DNA of 64,000 nucleotides, taken from IMG/VR virus record IMGVR_UViG_3300042558_004670, one strand, 5' to 3'. The stretch is from an uncultured virus (IMG/VR IMGVR_UViG_3300042558_004670). Its lineage: Duplodnaviria; Heunggongvirae; Uroviricota; Caudoviricetes. The notes beneath the pieces are model-generated. The model was not told where the DNA came from, searched no databases, and was given only the letters and a program-made list of their open reading frames with translations. This document shows, piece after piece, positions 28,272-37,312 of the stretch. The position numbers and the translations under genes were made by a program. Each line of letters starts with the position of its first letter. Position 1 is the stretch's first letter.

Positions 28272-28868
28272 ATGCGAAAGACACCAACGTCAAAGAAGAC
28301 TCCAGACACCGTTCACCGCGTCATCCTGAGTGACGGGAAGTGGTTGCGCAGCCCCAATGTCTCAAACCTTGGCCTTGTGGTTGAAGGACAGTCGGACATG
28401 TCCCTCTTGGGTCGGACGGCTGTCTTGGCAGAGGCGAGTGCGTGGCCGCTGGACCGGGCGCGCAACATCGCTTCCCAGTTCGATGGCGCCTATGTGGACC
28501 GGGTTTCGGTTGAACTGGGAACGACCGAGCACAAGGTTCCGTTGGTCGCAGATGACTACGGGAAGCGCTTGTCGGACTGGCTTTCACAGTGGAAGGGACT
28601 TGACGGTGTTACGCTACACGAGAAAGACGGACGATTCTCGGGTCTCTCTGTGGCTGTGTTCACGAAGCACAAGCCACGTCGCCATAGTGACGCCACTGTG
28701 GAGTTCTTGTTCTGGATGAATCACCAGACATATACTCCCACCCTGACGGAGGTGGCCATTCCAAACATCTCAACAACTGAAGGAGCAGCCATCCTTGAAT
28801 TCCAGATGAAGTTGACGCTTGTTCGCCACGTAATCGCCAGCTTCCACAAAGCCTTCCCTGAAACCTGA
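28272..28868 (+). CDS. Hypothetical protein (leaderless)
   Basis: TTGACG-N17-TAAGGT-N6-ATG. Confidence 0.6.
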   Translation: MRKTPTSKKTPDTVHRVILSDGKWLRSPNVSNLGLVVEGQSDMSLLGRTAVLAEASAWPLDRARNIASQFDGAYVDRVSVELGTTEHKVPLVADDYGKRLSDWLSQWKGLDGVTLHEKDGRFSGLSVAVFTKHKPRRHSDATVEFLFWMNHQTYTPTLTEVAIPNISTTEGAAILEFQMKLTLVRHVIASFHKAFPET

Positions 28869-28879
28869 GAGGACCAACC

Positions 28880-29122
28880 ATGGGCAACAATCAAGCTCGC
28901 CAACTGAAAGCCAAGCTCCGTCACCTTCGCGAATTGATGGTGGTTGACCCACAGCGCGCTCACGTCTTTGAAGACAAGGCGCGGGACGTGTCAGCAGAGC
29001 TGGACGCTTTGGCCTTGCCGAAGAAACCAGTTCAGGAACCAGTCCTTTTCTTGGTTCCGCCGCAGCACGATGCGTTCATCAACTTCCGTGCCCTCTGCCG
29101 CAATCCCGGTGGCGAACAGTGA
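28880..29122 (+). CDS. Hypothetical protein
   Basis: 80 aa, GAGGA RBS. Confidence 0.5.
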   Translation: MGNNQARQLKAKLRHLRELMVVDPQRAHVFEDKARDVSAELDALALPKKPVQEPVLFLVPPQHDAFINFRALCRNPGGEQ

Positions 29123-29334
29123 CAGCCGACAATGACCAGCCCATCTTGTCCATGACCGAGGTCAAGGTGCTGCTCTACATAAAGCTGAAAAAGCCAACAA
29201 CTCTCTTCATGATTGCGAGGGAGGCGGGCGTGCCTATCTTCAAAGTGAAGGGCATCGTCGACAAACTGGTTGGTTTACAACTGGTTTCTGTGGATCGGCC
29301 CATGAGGGATGCTGCTGAGAAGATGTGGACCTGA
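29119..29334 (+). CDS. Small winged-helix (TrmB-like) DNA-binding protein
   Basis: EVKVLLYI...PTTLFMIAREAGVPIFKVKGIVDKLVGLQLV. Confidence 0.55.
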   Translation: MTADNDQPILSMTEVKVLLYIKLKKPTTLFMIAREAGVPIFKVKGIVDKLVGLQLVSVDRPMRDAAEKMWT

Positions 29335-29341
29335 CGCTGTC

Positions 29342-29505
29342 CCTCTCACCCCCATAACTAGTTCTCTAGATCTGATAACCTATGGTCCCCATGGTCATCT
29401 AGCGGACAAAGGGGTACAGCAGCTTTCTACCTCTCCTCCCTCGATACCTCGTTGTGTTCATTGGCTCTATGAGTCCCCACAACCCCTGAAAAAGAGATCT
29501 TCATG
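29342..29505 (+). repeat. Non-coding leader element B (inverted homologue of 26254..26418)
   Basis: Starts CCTCTCACCCCCATAACT, contains AAGGGGTACAG, ends AAAAGAGATCTTCATG. Confidence 0.8.
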
Positions 29506-30336
29506 ACCAACCTCCCCAAGCCCATAGCTCTGACCGAGTCGCATCGAAGAGACGCAGCGCAGCATTACTGCGGTACTTTTCCTGATGAGAACGTTGAGCA
29601 CTGGGTCAAAACCGACGAAGGCGTGGAGCATGTGCCTTTTGCTGTGGTTGACCTTGCGTATCTTCTGGCTGAGCGAGATCAATCAGTTCAGAAGGCCGCA
29701 GTTGAGGTTTTCGAGCGGTATAGCGAGAACAAGTTCAACACCCCTCATCCGGCTGTGGACGTTCGTGAAGCCTTTGCCCTTGATCTTGAGGTTCGCTCTT
29801 CGCGAATTCGTGACCTTGGGAAGTTGGTGACCTCCCTTCTGGGAGTTGACGTGTTGCCAGAAGACACGGATGATGCGCGTGCCGCGAAGTTCAAGAAGTT
29901 CACGTCACTGTTCAACGCCGCGATTGTGGCACTATCGGTCGTAACTGATATTGAAAAGCTCGTGATGAAGCAGTTCCAGCTTCCGCAGCGAATTGTTGAG
30001 GAATGGCGCCGTGGGCAAGGCCCAACCAACATGGTGATGACTCGTCGTCAGAGCGCAATTTGGCTGGCTGACATGGTGCAGCGCCACCTGATCGACAAGG
30101 AGGAATACGTGGAGAAGAATCCGGTTAAGGTCCACAAGCTGACTGTGCTCGTCATCGACCATGAGAACTACGGGGTCGAGTCCTGCAAGCAGCAGTTGCA
30201 GGATGTTGACGGCTTCCACGTCTCTGTTCTTTCGTCAGAAACAGCAGAGGTAGACTGGACTGACGACCACCCGCTGAACAAACATGATGGGCGTGACGCT
30301 GCTGTTGCCGCTCTTTTCCCGAAGGATGTGCCTTGA
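29503..30336 (+). CDS. Hypothetical protein
   Basis: 277 aa; first gene after element B. Confidence 0.6.
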   Translation: MTNLPKPIALTESHRRDAAQHYCGTFPDENVEHWVKTDEGVEHVPFAVVDLAYLLAERDQSVQKAAVEVFERYSENKFNTPHPAVDVREAFALDLEVRSSRIRDLGKLVTSLLGVDVLPEDTDDARAAKFKKFTSLFNAAIVALSVVTDIEKLVMKQFQLPQRIVEEWRRGQGPTNMVMTRRQSAIWLADMVQRHLIDKEEYVEKNPVKVHKLTVLVIDHENYGVESCKQQLQDVDGFHVSVLSSETAEVDWTDDHPLNKHDGRDAAVAALFPKDVP

Positions 30337-30944
30337 TGTCGACGATGACTTCCCTTGTGTATCTGTTGCCTCCTGCTCTTGCTTCCCGTGTGTGGGAGCT
30401 GTCTGACCTCTCTTTGGCCAAGCACCGTGAGGTATCTGAGGAGATTCGTGTTTTGTTGGGCGAAGGGACGGTCCGCGAGGTCTGTTCCATTCGCAACAAC
30501 ACCTACGTTGGGTATGTGGCCAAAGACGGGGAGGCTGCTCCTGATGGTCTTGTGGAGATGCGAAATCGGTCATCGGACGGCCACCGCGTGTTTTCTCCGG
30601 GTGGGCGCAAGTTGAAGGCACGGAAGGTCTGGGAGGATTTCTTCGCGAAGAAGAGCGGTGAGCTTCGACGGGACATTCTCCGTATCGAGAAGGAAGTGCT
30701 TGATGCTGTTGACCCTGATGGTGTCTGCCGCGATCGCATTGTCCGTCGGGAGGGACAGCAATTCCTTGTTGTGGCGCAGGTGCTGCCGATCAATAAGGAA
30801 AAGAACACCGCAGTGGTGATGGTTCCCATCGGGCATGAGTTGCCGCCAGACAGTGGCGTGACCTTGCTCAAGGAGTGGGAGTGGTTGAAACTGGTTGACG
30901 ATGAGGAAGAGTCCCGTCGTCAGCAGCAGAAAAAGAAGGTCTGA
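30333..30944 (+). CDS. Hypothetical protein
   Basis: 203 aa ORF in operon. Confidence 0.55.
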   Translation: MMSTMTSLVYLLPPALASRVWELSDLSLAKHREVSEEIRVLLGEGTVREVCSIRNNTYVGYVAKDGEAAPDGLVEMRNRSSDGHRVFSPGGRKLKARKVWEDFFAKKSGELRRDILRIEKEVLDAVDPDGVCRDRIVRREGQQFLVVAQVLPINKEKNTAVVMVPIGHELPPDSGVTLLKEWEWLKLVDDEEESRRQQQKKKV

Positions 30945-30948
30945 GCGC

Positions 30949-31692
30949 ATGACGAAACCGAACACGACTCGCATTGGCATCATTCTCGACGAATCCGGAT
31001 CGATGGCGTCTGTCGCAACAGCCACCGTCGCTGCTGTGAATGCTTTCGTTGCAGAGCAGAAGAAGGCTGCTGGCGATGTGGCCACGATCTCTCTGACGAA
31101 GTTCAACAGCACCGTGTCGATGGGCAAGCCCGTTCCGTTGGAGAAGTGGGTACCGATGGAGTACCAGTCGCCGCTTCTTATGGCGACGGACATGACGAAG
31201 ATTGCGACAGTGATCTCGCCACTTCCCCCAGAGCCGATCGCGGTTGCATCCCACCTGTACTACCCGAAGGGTGGCACAGCTTTGCTGGATGCGATCGGCA
31301 TCACGGTGACGGAGATCGGGAAGGAGTTGGCGGCTCTCCCAGAGGAAGAGCGTCCTTCGGATGTCGTGATTGTGATCCAGACCGACGGTGAGGAGAACGC
31401 GTCTGTGCAGTACACGAGCGCTGTGGTGAAGGCGTTGGTGGAGCACCAGCAGTCGGCCTACAGCTGGCGCTTCGTCTTCCTTGGGGCGAACATCGACGCG
31501 GCTGCTGTTGGGGCACGTATGGGCATCCTGCGCGAGTACGCGAAGTCCTATCAGAGCACCGCCACGGGCACCTCGGAGGCGATTGGTTCGCTGGCGTCGA
31601 GTGTTCGTTCGTACCGGGAGACGAAAGACGTGTCCTGCCTTGTGCAGGACGGGAGTGCTCCTGTCGTTGAACTCAATATGAAGGTGACCTGA
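30949..31692 (+). CDS. von Willebrand factor A domain protein
   Basis: IILDESGSM (MIDAS), GGTALLDAIG, IQTDGEENAS, FVFLGAN. Confidence 0.9.
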   Translation: MTKPNTTRIGIILDESGSMASVATATVAAVNAFVAEQKKAAGDVATISLTKFNSTVSMGKPVPLEKWVPMEYQSPLLMATDMTKIATVISPLPPEPIAVASHLYYPKGGTALLDAIGITVTEIGKELAALPEEERPSDVVIVIQTDGEENASVQYTSAVVKALVEHQQSAYSWRFVFLGANIDAAAVGARMGILREYAKSYQSTATGTSEAIGSLASSVRSYRETKDVSCLVQDGSAPVVELNMKVT

Positions 31693-32111
31693 TGCGGTTC
31701 CGTCAGCGCTCTATCAGTTTTGAAGCCATCCAGTTCACAGCTACGAACGTTCCGGCCATCTTGAATATGACATCTGGTCGGTTTGTTGCGCACGTGAGTC
31801 AGTTCAACCCTCTGGTTGGTGACCTTGCGGGAGGCATCCGTGTGACCTTGAATGACTGGGTGTGCAGGAGTGATGACGGGCTGTTCTTCACGTTGCCGGA
31901 TGTGCACTTCCGTGACCGGTATGAGCCAGAGCCTACGGGACTGGTGAAGCAGTTGGTGGAGGCTTTGACGGACCCAGTGCAAAAGGGCGTTGTGCATCCT
32001 GCGACGACGTTGATTCAGTGGCTCCAAAACGACCAGTTGCTTGAACAGGTTCGTGGGGAGCTGGAGAAGACCGACGCGGAAACGCTAGACCTCTTGCTGA
32101 AGCGTCTGTGA
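31692..32111 (+). CDS. Hypothetical phage protein
   Basis: FEAIQFT...DWV...F...HFRDRYEP pattern; TGATG overlap. Confidence 0.6.
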   Translation: MRFRQRSISFEAIQFTATNVPAILNMTSGRFVAHVSQFNPLVGDLAGGIRVTLNDWVCRSDDGLFFTLPDVHFRDRYEPEPTGLVKQLVEALTDPVQKGVVHPATTLIQWLQNDQLLEQVRGELEKTDAETLDLLLKRL

Positions 32112-32118
32112 GGAAGAC

Positions 32119-32144
32119 GGGGCTGGGAACGGCCCCTTTTCTTT
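32119..32144 (+). terminator. Intrinsic terminator
   Basis: GGGGCTG-GGAA-CGGCCCC-TTTTCTTT. Confidence 0.7.
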
Positions 32145-32211
32145 GCCGTCTACGTCAACCTCCCTTGACAGATCTAAAGATGGTCGTATGGTTGTGGGCA
32201 AGAGGTGTTGG

Positions 32212-32598
32212 ATGTCTGTCGCCAAAGCTTTGTCGTATAAGGATTTCATCGCGCTCACGGAACAAGCGAAAGAGAACGCGAAGAAGAAGCGTGAGAAGCT
32301 GGTAGCCTCCCTCGCTGAGGCCGCTGTGCAGCGGATCAACGGCTTGATGGAGGAGAGGGCGGCAAAGGCTCCTCCTCTGGAAGACAACACCTACGAAGTG
32401 AACGAATTCCTCGCAGCAACGGGCTTGGACCGTGCTTTGCGTCTGGATGTGATCGCTGCCGTCTGCGCTCAGTTTCGAGCTGCTGGTTGGCGTGCCCTTG
32501 TGGGCGATGTCTGTGATGACAGTGATGACCCAACCGTTGACAACGAGCACTGGACCATCGCCCCGCCTGTTGCTGAAACCCCTGCCGCTGAAGGATGA
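32212..32598 (+). CDS. Hypothetical protein
   Basis: MSVAKAL after GAGGTG and the dyad promoter at 32154. Confidence 0.6.
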   Translation: MSVAKALSYKDFIALTEQAKENAKKKREKLVASLAEAAVQRINGLMEERAAKAPPLEDNTYEVNEFLAATGLDRALRLDVIAAVCAQFRAAGWRALVGDVCDDSDDPTVDNEHWTIAPPVAETPAAEG

Positions 32599-32966
32599 CC
32601 ATGAGTACCAAAGAAAAATCGGAAGTTGTTGTTGGTCGGCGCTATGTCCCTCGGGATTCGTCGGTTCCGAATCGCGTGTGGGAAGTTGTCAGTCGGATAA
32701 ACACGGGAAAGATCTGGGCGAAGACGACCAGAAACGACGGAAGCCCCACACTTGCAGGGTGGGATGATGACGCTGCGTTCAGTCGTGACATGGTTCCCTT
32801 CGTCGAAAAGCCGCTGAAGATGACCGTGAAGTTCGACGGTGAGAAGACGACGGTGAAGATTGATGGGAAGTCAATCAATGTCGACGGGCTCCAGAAGGAG
32901 GTTGTCGCAGCAATGGGCTACGCTCGCCAGTTTGCGCTGGCAGCGAAGGAACAGGAGAAGGCATGA
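32595..32966 (+). CDS. Hypothetical protein
   Basis: ATGA overlaps on both sides. Confidence 0.6.
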   Translation: MTMSTKEKSEVVVGRRYVPRDSSVPNRVWEVVSRINTGKIWAKTTRNDGSPTLAGWDDDAAFSRDMVPFVEKPLKMTVKFDGEKTTVKIDGKSINVDGLQKEVVAAMGYARQFALAAKEQEKA

Positions 32967-33481
32967 TTCCGAAGATCGATCCTCGTGTTCAGTTGACGTT
33001 TCTGGAGATCAAGGAGGAGCCTGTTCCGGGGAAGGTGAACTTCCGAATGCGGATGGAGGGTGAGTTCACGGACCGGCTTGGGTGCACGTTCAAGGGCGAG
33101 TACAGCATGAGCCTTCCTGAGAAGGTGGTGGTGTCTGACCTTCCTGTCGAAGAGCCTGCTCGCTCCATGGCACTCTGCCGTTCCCCCAACTGGAAGTGCT
33201 TGTCATCTGCCCGGTTCAAAGATGGGGTGGCGGCGACCACCACTGAGAAGAGGGCCAAGCTGTCGTTCTGGGACCATGTGGCTTCTGTCAAACGCGAGTT
33301 CGACTCGTGGCCTGAGTGGAAGAAGAGCCTGACCATTGGTGCACCACCCCGTGGACCTGCCAAGGCGGTGTCTTTCCGGTCCGCAGATGTGGCTGAGGTC
33401 AAGGACCTGTTCCGTCGGGCGCTTGGCGCAGAAGAGGGATCCAAGTTCGACCTCTTCGTGGAAGAGAATCTGAAGATCTGA
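32963..33481 (+). CDS. Hypothetical protein
   Basis: 172 aa, ATGA overlap. Confidence 0.6.
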   Translation: MIPKIDPRVQLTFLEIKEEPVPGKVNFRMRMEGEFTDRLGCTFKGEYSMSLPEKVVVSDLPVEEPARSMALCRSPNWKCLSSARFKDGVAATTTEKRAKLSFWDHVASVKREFDSWPEWKKSLTIGAPPRGPAKAVSFRSADVAEVKDLFRRALGAEEGSKFDLFVEENLKI

Positions 33482-33484
33482 TCT

Positions 33485-33524
33485 GTCAATCAAGGTTGAC
33501 GACTAGCGGAGTGGTGTGTATAGG
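33485..33524 (+). promoter_or_regulatory. Dyad sigma70-like promoter
   Basis: GTCAA-N6-TTGACG-N17-TATAGG. Confidence 0.7.
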
Positions 33525-33547
33525 TCTCTTGTAACAAGGAGACCGCC

Positions 33548-33793
33548 ATGTCGCACCAGAACCACGCCGACTACTGGTATAGCTTTGTGGACCACGCCAC
33601 GGATGAGGAGCTTGCTGCTGAGCTGGAGCGGAACAAGAACCGCCCCATCGCGAAGTTCTTGCGTGCGCAACTCAACTGCCGGGAGCGCGCAGCGGTGATG
33701 GCGCCGCTTTACGCTGCCCACCGCAGAGCGAAGCTGGCTGGTCTGTGGGGCGAAGAAGCCCAGCGCTTCGAACGCGAACTCCACGCTCACTGA
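33548..33793 (+). CDS. Hypothetical protein
   Basis: AAGGAGACCGCCATG. Confidence 0.65.
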   Translation: MSHQNHADYWYSFVDHATDEELAAELERNKNRPIAKFLRAQLNCRERAAVMAPLYAAHRRAKLAGLWGEEAQRFERELHAH

Positions 33794-33820
33794 AACACCA
33801 TCACCCGGAAAAGGTACACA

Positions 33821-34207
33821 ATGAAGACTCACAACATTTCTTTCGAGTACAGCAGTTTGCGTGCGTCTGACTCCTTGATCAAAGCAGTGTGTCTTGTCCG
33901 TGACGTGACAGGCGCGTTGCAGAGCGCAATGGACATGGTCCGAGCCGGCCTTTTGCAGCTTCCTGACACAGCATCGGAGACTGTCTCCGAGTTCAAGAAG
34001 ATCTTGTCAGAAGAGAAGATTGAGTTCACGCATACTGAGGTGGAGGCGCCGTTCTCCTCCAAGTCCTTCAAATTGAAGAGCCTTACGACGCTGGCGCAGC
34101 GTCAGGACTCGGTCACCGACCAGCTGAACGACCTGCTGTGGGTGGCCAACCGTCTTGGCATGTACGACGCTGTGGATCTCATCAAGCGATCCGTCAATCA
34201 AGCTTGA
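33821..34207 (+). CDS. Protein with possible bL12 (L7/L12) C-terminal-like domain
   Basis: LIKAVCLVRDVTGALQSAMDMVRAG resembles KIxVIKxVRxITGLGLKEAKxLVE; weak. Confidence 0.35.
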   Translation: MKTHNISFEYSSLRASDSLIKAVCLVRDVTGALQSAMDMVRAGLLQLPDTASETVSEFKKILSEEKIEFTHTEVEAPFSSKSFKLKSLTTLAQRQDSVTDQLNDLLWVANRLGMYDAVDLIKRSVNQA

Positions 34208-34232
34208 CAGCTAAGGGCATTGTGTGTATATC
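34193..34232 (+). promoter_or_regulatory. Dyad sigma70-like promoter
   Basis: GTCAA-N6-TTGACA-N17-TATATC. Confidence 0.7.
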
Positions 34233-34255
34233 TCCTTTGCACCAAGGAGATTGCC

Positions 34256-34510
34256 ATGAGCGCCCGTGACCTGATCCCTCTCAATAGCGAACTCAAAGCT
34301 GCTGCCCGTGCCATGCCGGAAGGCGCCAGCAAGGAAGCTGCTGAGCAGTGGATCGACTTCGCCTCTGCCGGCCTGTGCGTCGGTGAGTACGGGAACAAGG
34401 TTTCCTGCGGTGCTCACATGCTGGTGGCCGCTGGTGTTGTGTGGGCGGCAGACCCTGTGGTCCTGTCCAACTTCGTGAAGCGTGTCCGCGCCATCATCGT
34501 TGAGCTTTGA
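34256..34510 (+). CDS. Hypothetical protein
   Basis: AAGGAGATTGCCATG. Confidence 0.6.
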   Translation: MSARDLIPLNSELKAAARAMPEGASKEAAEQWIDFASAGLCVGEYGNKVSCGAHMLVAAGVVWAADPVVLSNFVKRVRAIIVEL

Positions 34511-34985
34511 CTTCTTTCAGGATGGGTATCGCTATGTCACAGCAGAAGAGCTTCCTTGCCATCGTCGTTGACCGCATCTCTGGTGAAAAGCACCAGATTG
34601 GGTTTTTCGCGGAAAACAACTCCCTTGCATGGGAACATGCCGCACATGTCACCAAGGATGTGCTTCCGTCTTGCTCTGTGTTTCGGGTGAAGCGGGAGCA
34701 AGTGCAGGAAGCGGACATGGGCGTCTTTCGTTCCGTCGCCTGATTCATGGAGAAGTCGGATGAGCTACTTGTTGGGTGAGATCAATCACTTTCGTCGCCA
34801 TTGGTTCAGTTGTTTGTTCAGTTGCGCGATTATGCACGTTGCTTTCGAGGGCGCTGAGCACTTGTACAGCTACTTGGCGAGTCTTTCTTGGCATGACGTG
34901 ATTCGCTTTTTGCTTGGCACCAAGATCTGAGACAAACACGTCAAGCACCATTGACGCCTGTAAACAGGGTGTTTAGGCTATGCGT

Positions 34986-35495
34986 ATGAAGAACGCATTC
35001 CTTGCCCTTCTTGTTGCGGTTGCTGCTCCGGCTTGTTTGCCTGAAGGCATTCAGATTCCGGGTCAGGACGCGGTCTTCATCTGCGATCGGGAAGACGGTT
35101 GCCCGCTTTGGGATGTGGATAACGTCTCTTCCTACATGGACCGCTTCAGCAATGCTTGGGAGGCAGACTTCTTCTCGCCTCCAGCCCTGCCCCACCTTGT
35201 CATTGTGAAGGACGCCCTCTGGGGTGACATGAACTTCAAGGACGAAAAGGGTTGGGACTACATGGGGTACTGTAACTACGATGAAGTCCACATCATCGGC
35301 AGCAACCTTCACACTGGTGAGGGGATCCAGTTCCACAAGTCATCGTTTGCTCATGAGATGGTTCACAGCGCACTGGTTCAGGACCCCAACATTCACAATG
35401 GTGACAAAGACCACAGTGAGGGTGAGGGTCCTTGGAGCGAGCGCCACGATCGGTTCATTGGGTTGATGGTTCGTGATGTGGTTGGGTACTACTGA
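34986..35495 (+). CDS. Putative lipoprotein with HExxH motif (leaderless)
   Basis: MKNAFLALLVAVAAPAC signal/lipobox-like; SFAHEMVH; TTGACG-N17-TAGGCT-N6-ATG. Confidence 0.55.
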   Translation: MKNAFLALLVAVAAPACLPEGIQIPGQDAVFICDREDGCPLWDVDNVSSYMDRFSNAWEADFFSPPALPHLVIVKDALWGDMNFKDEKGWDYMGYCNYDEVHIIGSNLHTGEGIQFHKSSFAHEMVHSALVQDPNIHNGDKDHSEGEGPWSERHDRFIGLMVRDVVGYY

Positions 35496-35497
35496 GT

Positions 35498-35968
35498 ATG
35501 ACGATGCGCTTGAAAGACTTCCGCCGCGTTCTTGGGGAGAGAAACCCACCACTTTTCCCAACAGCTACATACAATGGCACGTTTCGTATGTTTCTTCGTA
35601 GTGCTCCAACGCCACGGAAGGAACGGCCAAAGAAGAAGAGCCCAGAGCAGAAGCGGGTTGAGCAGCTTGCCAAACGCCGCCAGCGGGCCAGAGTCGAGGA
35701 AGTGATCTCCCGTTCCCCTGTGTGGCGAGCGAGCTACCTCGACTGGTACGCAAGAACACAGCACAACCCGGCCTTGGTCACGTGGTTCTGGCTGGTTTGT
35801 TTCCAGTACCCGCTGATCCAGATCCTGAAGTGGATTCGACCCAGAAAGAGGAAAAGTGTTTCACCAGAGAAAGGTCTTCAAAAACCATCCGGCACTTGGT
35901 CCACTCCCGGCCAGACCAACACAAGGTCACGTACCAGAGGGTATGGTCCGCATCTTCTGCGGAGATAG
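35498..35968 (+). CDS. Basic hypothetical protein with one hydrophobic segment
   Basis: 156 aa ORF. Confidence 0.45.
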   Translation: MTMRLKDFRRVLGERNPPLFPTATYNGTFRMFLRSAPTPRKERPKKKSPEQKRVEQLAKRRQRARVEEVISRSPVWRASYLDWYARTQHNPALVTWFWLVCFQYPLIQILKWIRPRKRKSVSPEKGLQKPSGTWSTPGQTNTRSRTRGYGPHLLRR

Positions 35969-36195
35969 GTCTTGGTTGGTTCCGAAGTACCAGTCCCCAC
36001 CAGTGAAGAAGCTCGTGGTGGTCAATCCTCCCCAGAGGGAGGAGAGCTGGTCCCTCCTTGACCGGTTGGTGGACTGGTCGATTCGGGTCAAGCCGCGAGT
36101 CGGCGGGGCCGCTGCGGATTCATCCTGTGTCCTTGTCCCTGCCTTTTAAGTAAAGACGGGTTGACAACTACTCAACAAGTGAGTACGGGTGTGGA

Positions 36196-36723
36196 ATGAC
36201 CAAGCATTCACCAGAGGAGGTCTTTGAACTTGCATCGCAGCATGCACGCGCTCTTGGGTGTGGGCCGAACTCGGTGATGCGGGTCCGCCGTTGGGCGAAG
36301 TGCGAGTCCTTCCTTCACGAGATTGGCCACTTCTGGTTTCTGGTTCCAGAGTCCTTGGAGCAATCGATCGCGGACACGGAAAAGCTTCCTCGCAATGGGG
36401 AGGGTCACCCTCGTCTAGGTCAACATGATTCTTTTGCTGGCAGGTACGACTACAAGCCGGCAGCAAAGGCGTGGTCGATGTCTGAAGCGTGGGCGTGCGC
36501 ATTCTCGCTGGCCGTCATGCGGTCAGCTGATAATGGAAATCCACGGGATCCATTGGCCGACAAGTACGACGAGTTCTCGGTACGTGACGACGGGTACAGC
36601 AACAGCGAGGCAGACAACCACCTGAACATGCTGTATTTGGGGTGGGAAAAGCTGATTGAACGTTTGGTGCGCTCCCGGAACATGGGAAAGCGCTTGCAGT
36701 ATTTCTTCCGGGAAAGGGCGTGA
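36196..36723 (+). CDS. Small zincin-like protein (leaderless)
   Basis: SFLHEIGH and downstream SEAWACAF; dyad promoter at 36150 with ATG 6 nt after the -10. Confidence 0.55.
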   Translation: MTKHSPEEVFELASQHARALGCGPNSVMRVRRWAKCESFLHEIGHFWFLVPESLEQSIADTEKLPRNGEGHPRLGQHDSFAGRYDYKPAAKAWSMSEAWACAFSLAVMRSADNGNPRDPLADKYDEFSVRDDGYSNSEADNHLNMLYLGWEKLIERLVRSRNMGKRLQYFFRERA

Positions 36724-36726
36724 CCA

Positions 36727-37269
36727 TTGTTGCCAAAAAGAGTTGAGGAAGCGCTGGCTGGTACCGACGCAGGAAAGATGGCTTTGTTGGAGATTCGGGG
36801 GTTGCAAGAGCGCTTGTCCTTTGCGGAGGAGAAGCTTGCCCGCACCGTCGCAGAGACAGAGAAGGTCCGCGTCAAGAACAAGGAGATGGGGAAGAAGCTG
36901 GGTGCCGTCACCAGTGCAGGGCTTGCCTTTTTCTCGCAGAAGCGAGGATTGGGCGCGGTCATGGACGCCATCAGCGACATCTTGCGTTTACAGGAAGGTC
37001 CCAATGGTCCCTTCCGACAGACCAAAGTGATGCCTGCCTCCTGTCCGGGACGGACCCTGATCGAGCTACTTCCCTCTGAAGGGAAGGCGGTTTGGCTGTC
37101 TTCGATCTTGAAAGTCGATGAGACGCATGCAGAAGCGATCCTCGACGGCACTGCGGACATCACCGACGCGATGGCGGAGAAGCTGGCGGAGAAGTACCCG
37201 CTCCCGGCTGAGTTCTGGCGTCGACGCCAGTACAACTACCTTGTCGCGCGCGCTGTGAAGGGGGATTGA
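36727..37269 (+). CDS. Coiled-coil plus HigA-like XRE HTH domain protein
   Basis: CPGRTLIELL...AILDGTADITDAMAEKLAEKYPLPAEFWRRRQYNYL matches HigA HPGExL...ITxxxAxKL...AEFWLxLQxxYDL. Confidence 0.65.
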   Translation: MLPKRVEEALAGTDAGKMALLEIRGLQERLSFAEEKLARTVAETEKVRVKNKEMGKKLGAVTSAGLAFFSQKRGLGAVMDAISDILRLQEGPNGPFRQTKVMPASCPGRTLIELLPSEGKAVWLSSILKVDETHAEAILDGTADITDAMAEKLAEKYPLPAEFWRRRQYNYLVARAVKGD

Positions 37270-37312
37270 CAGCTATATTCCTTTGCGTACAAGAGGTCGG
37301 TAGGAGCAAGCC

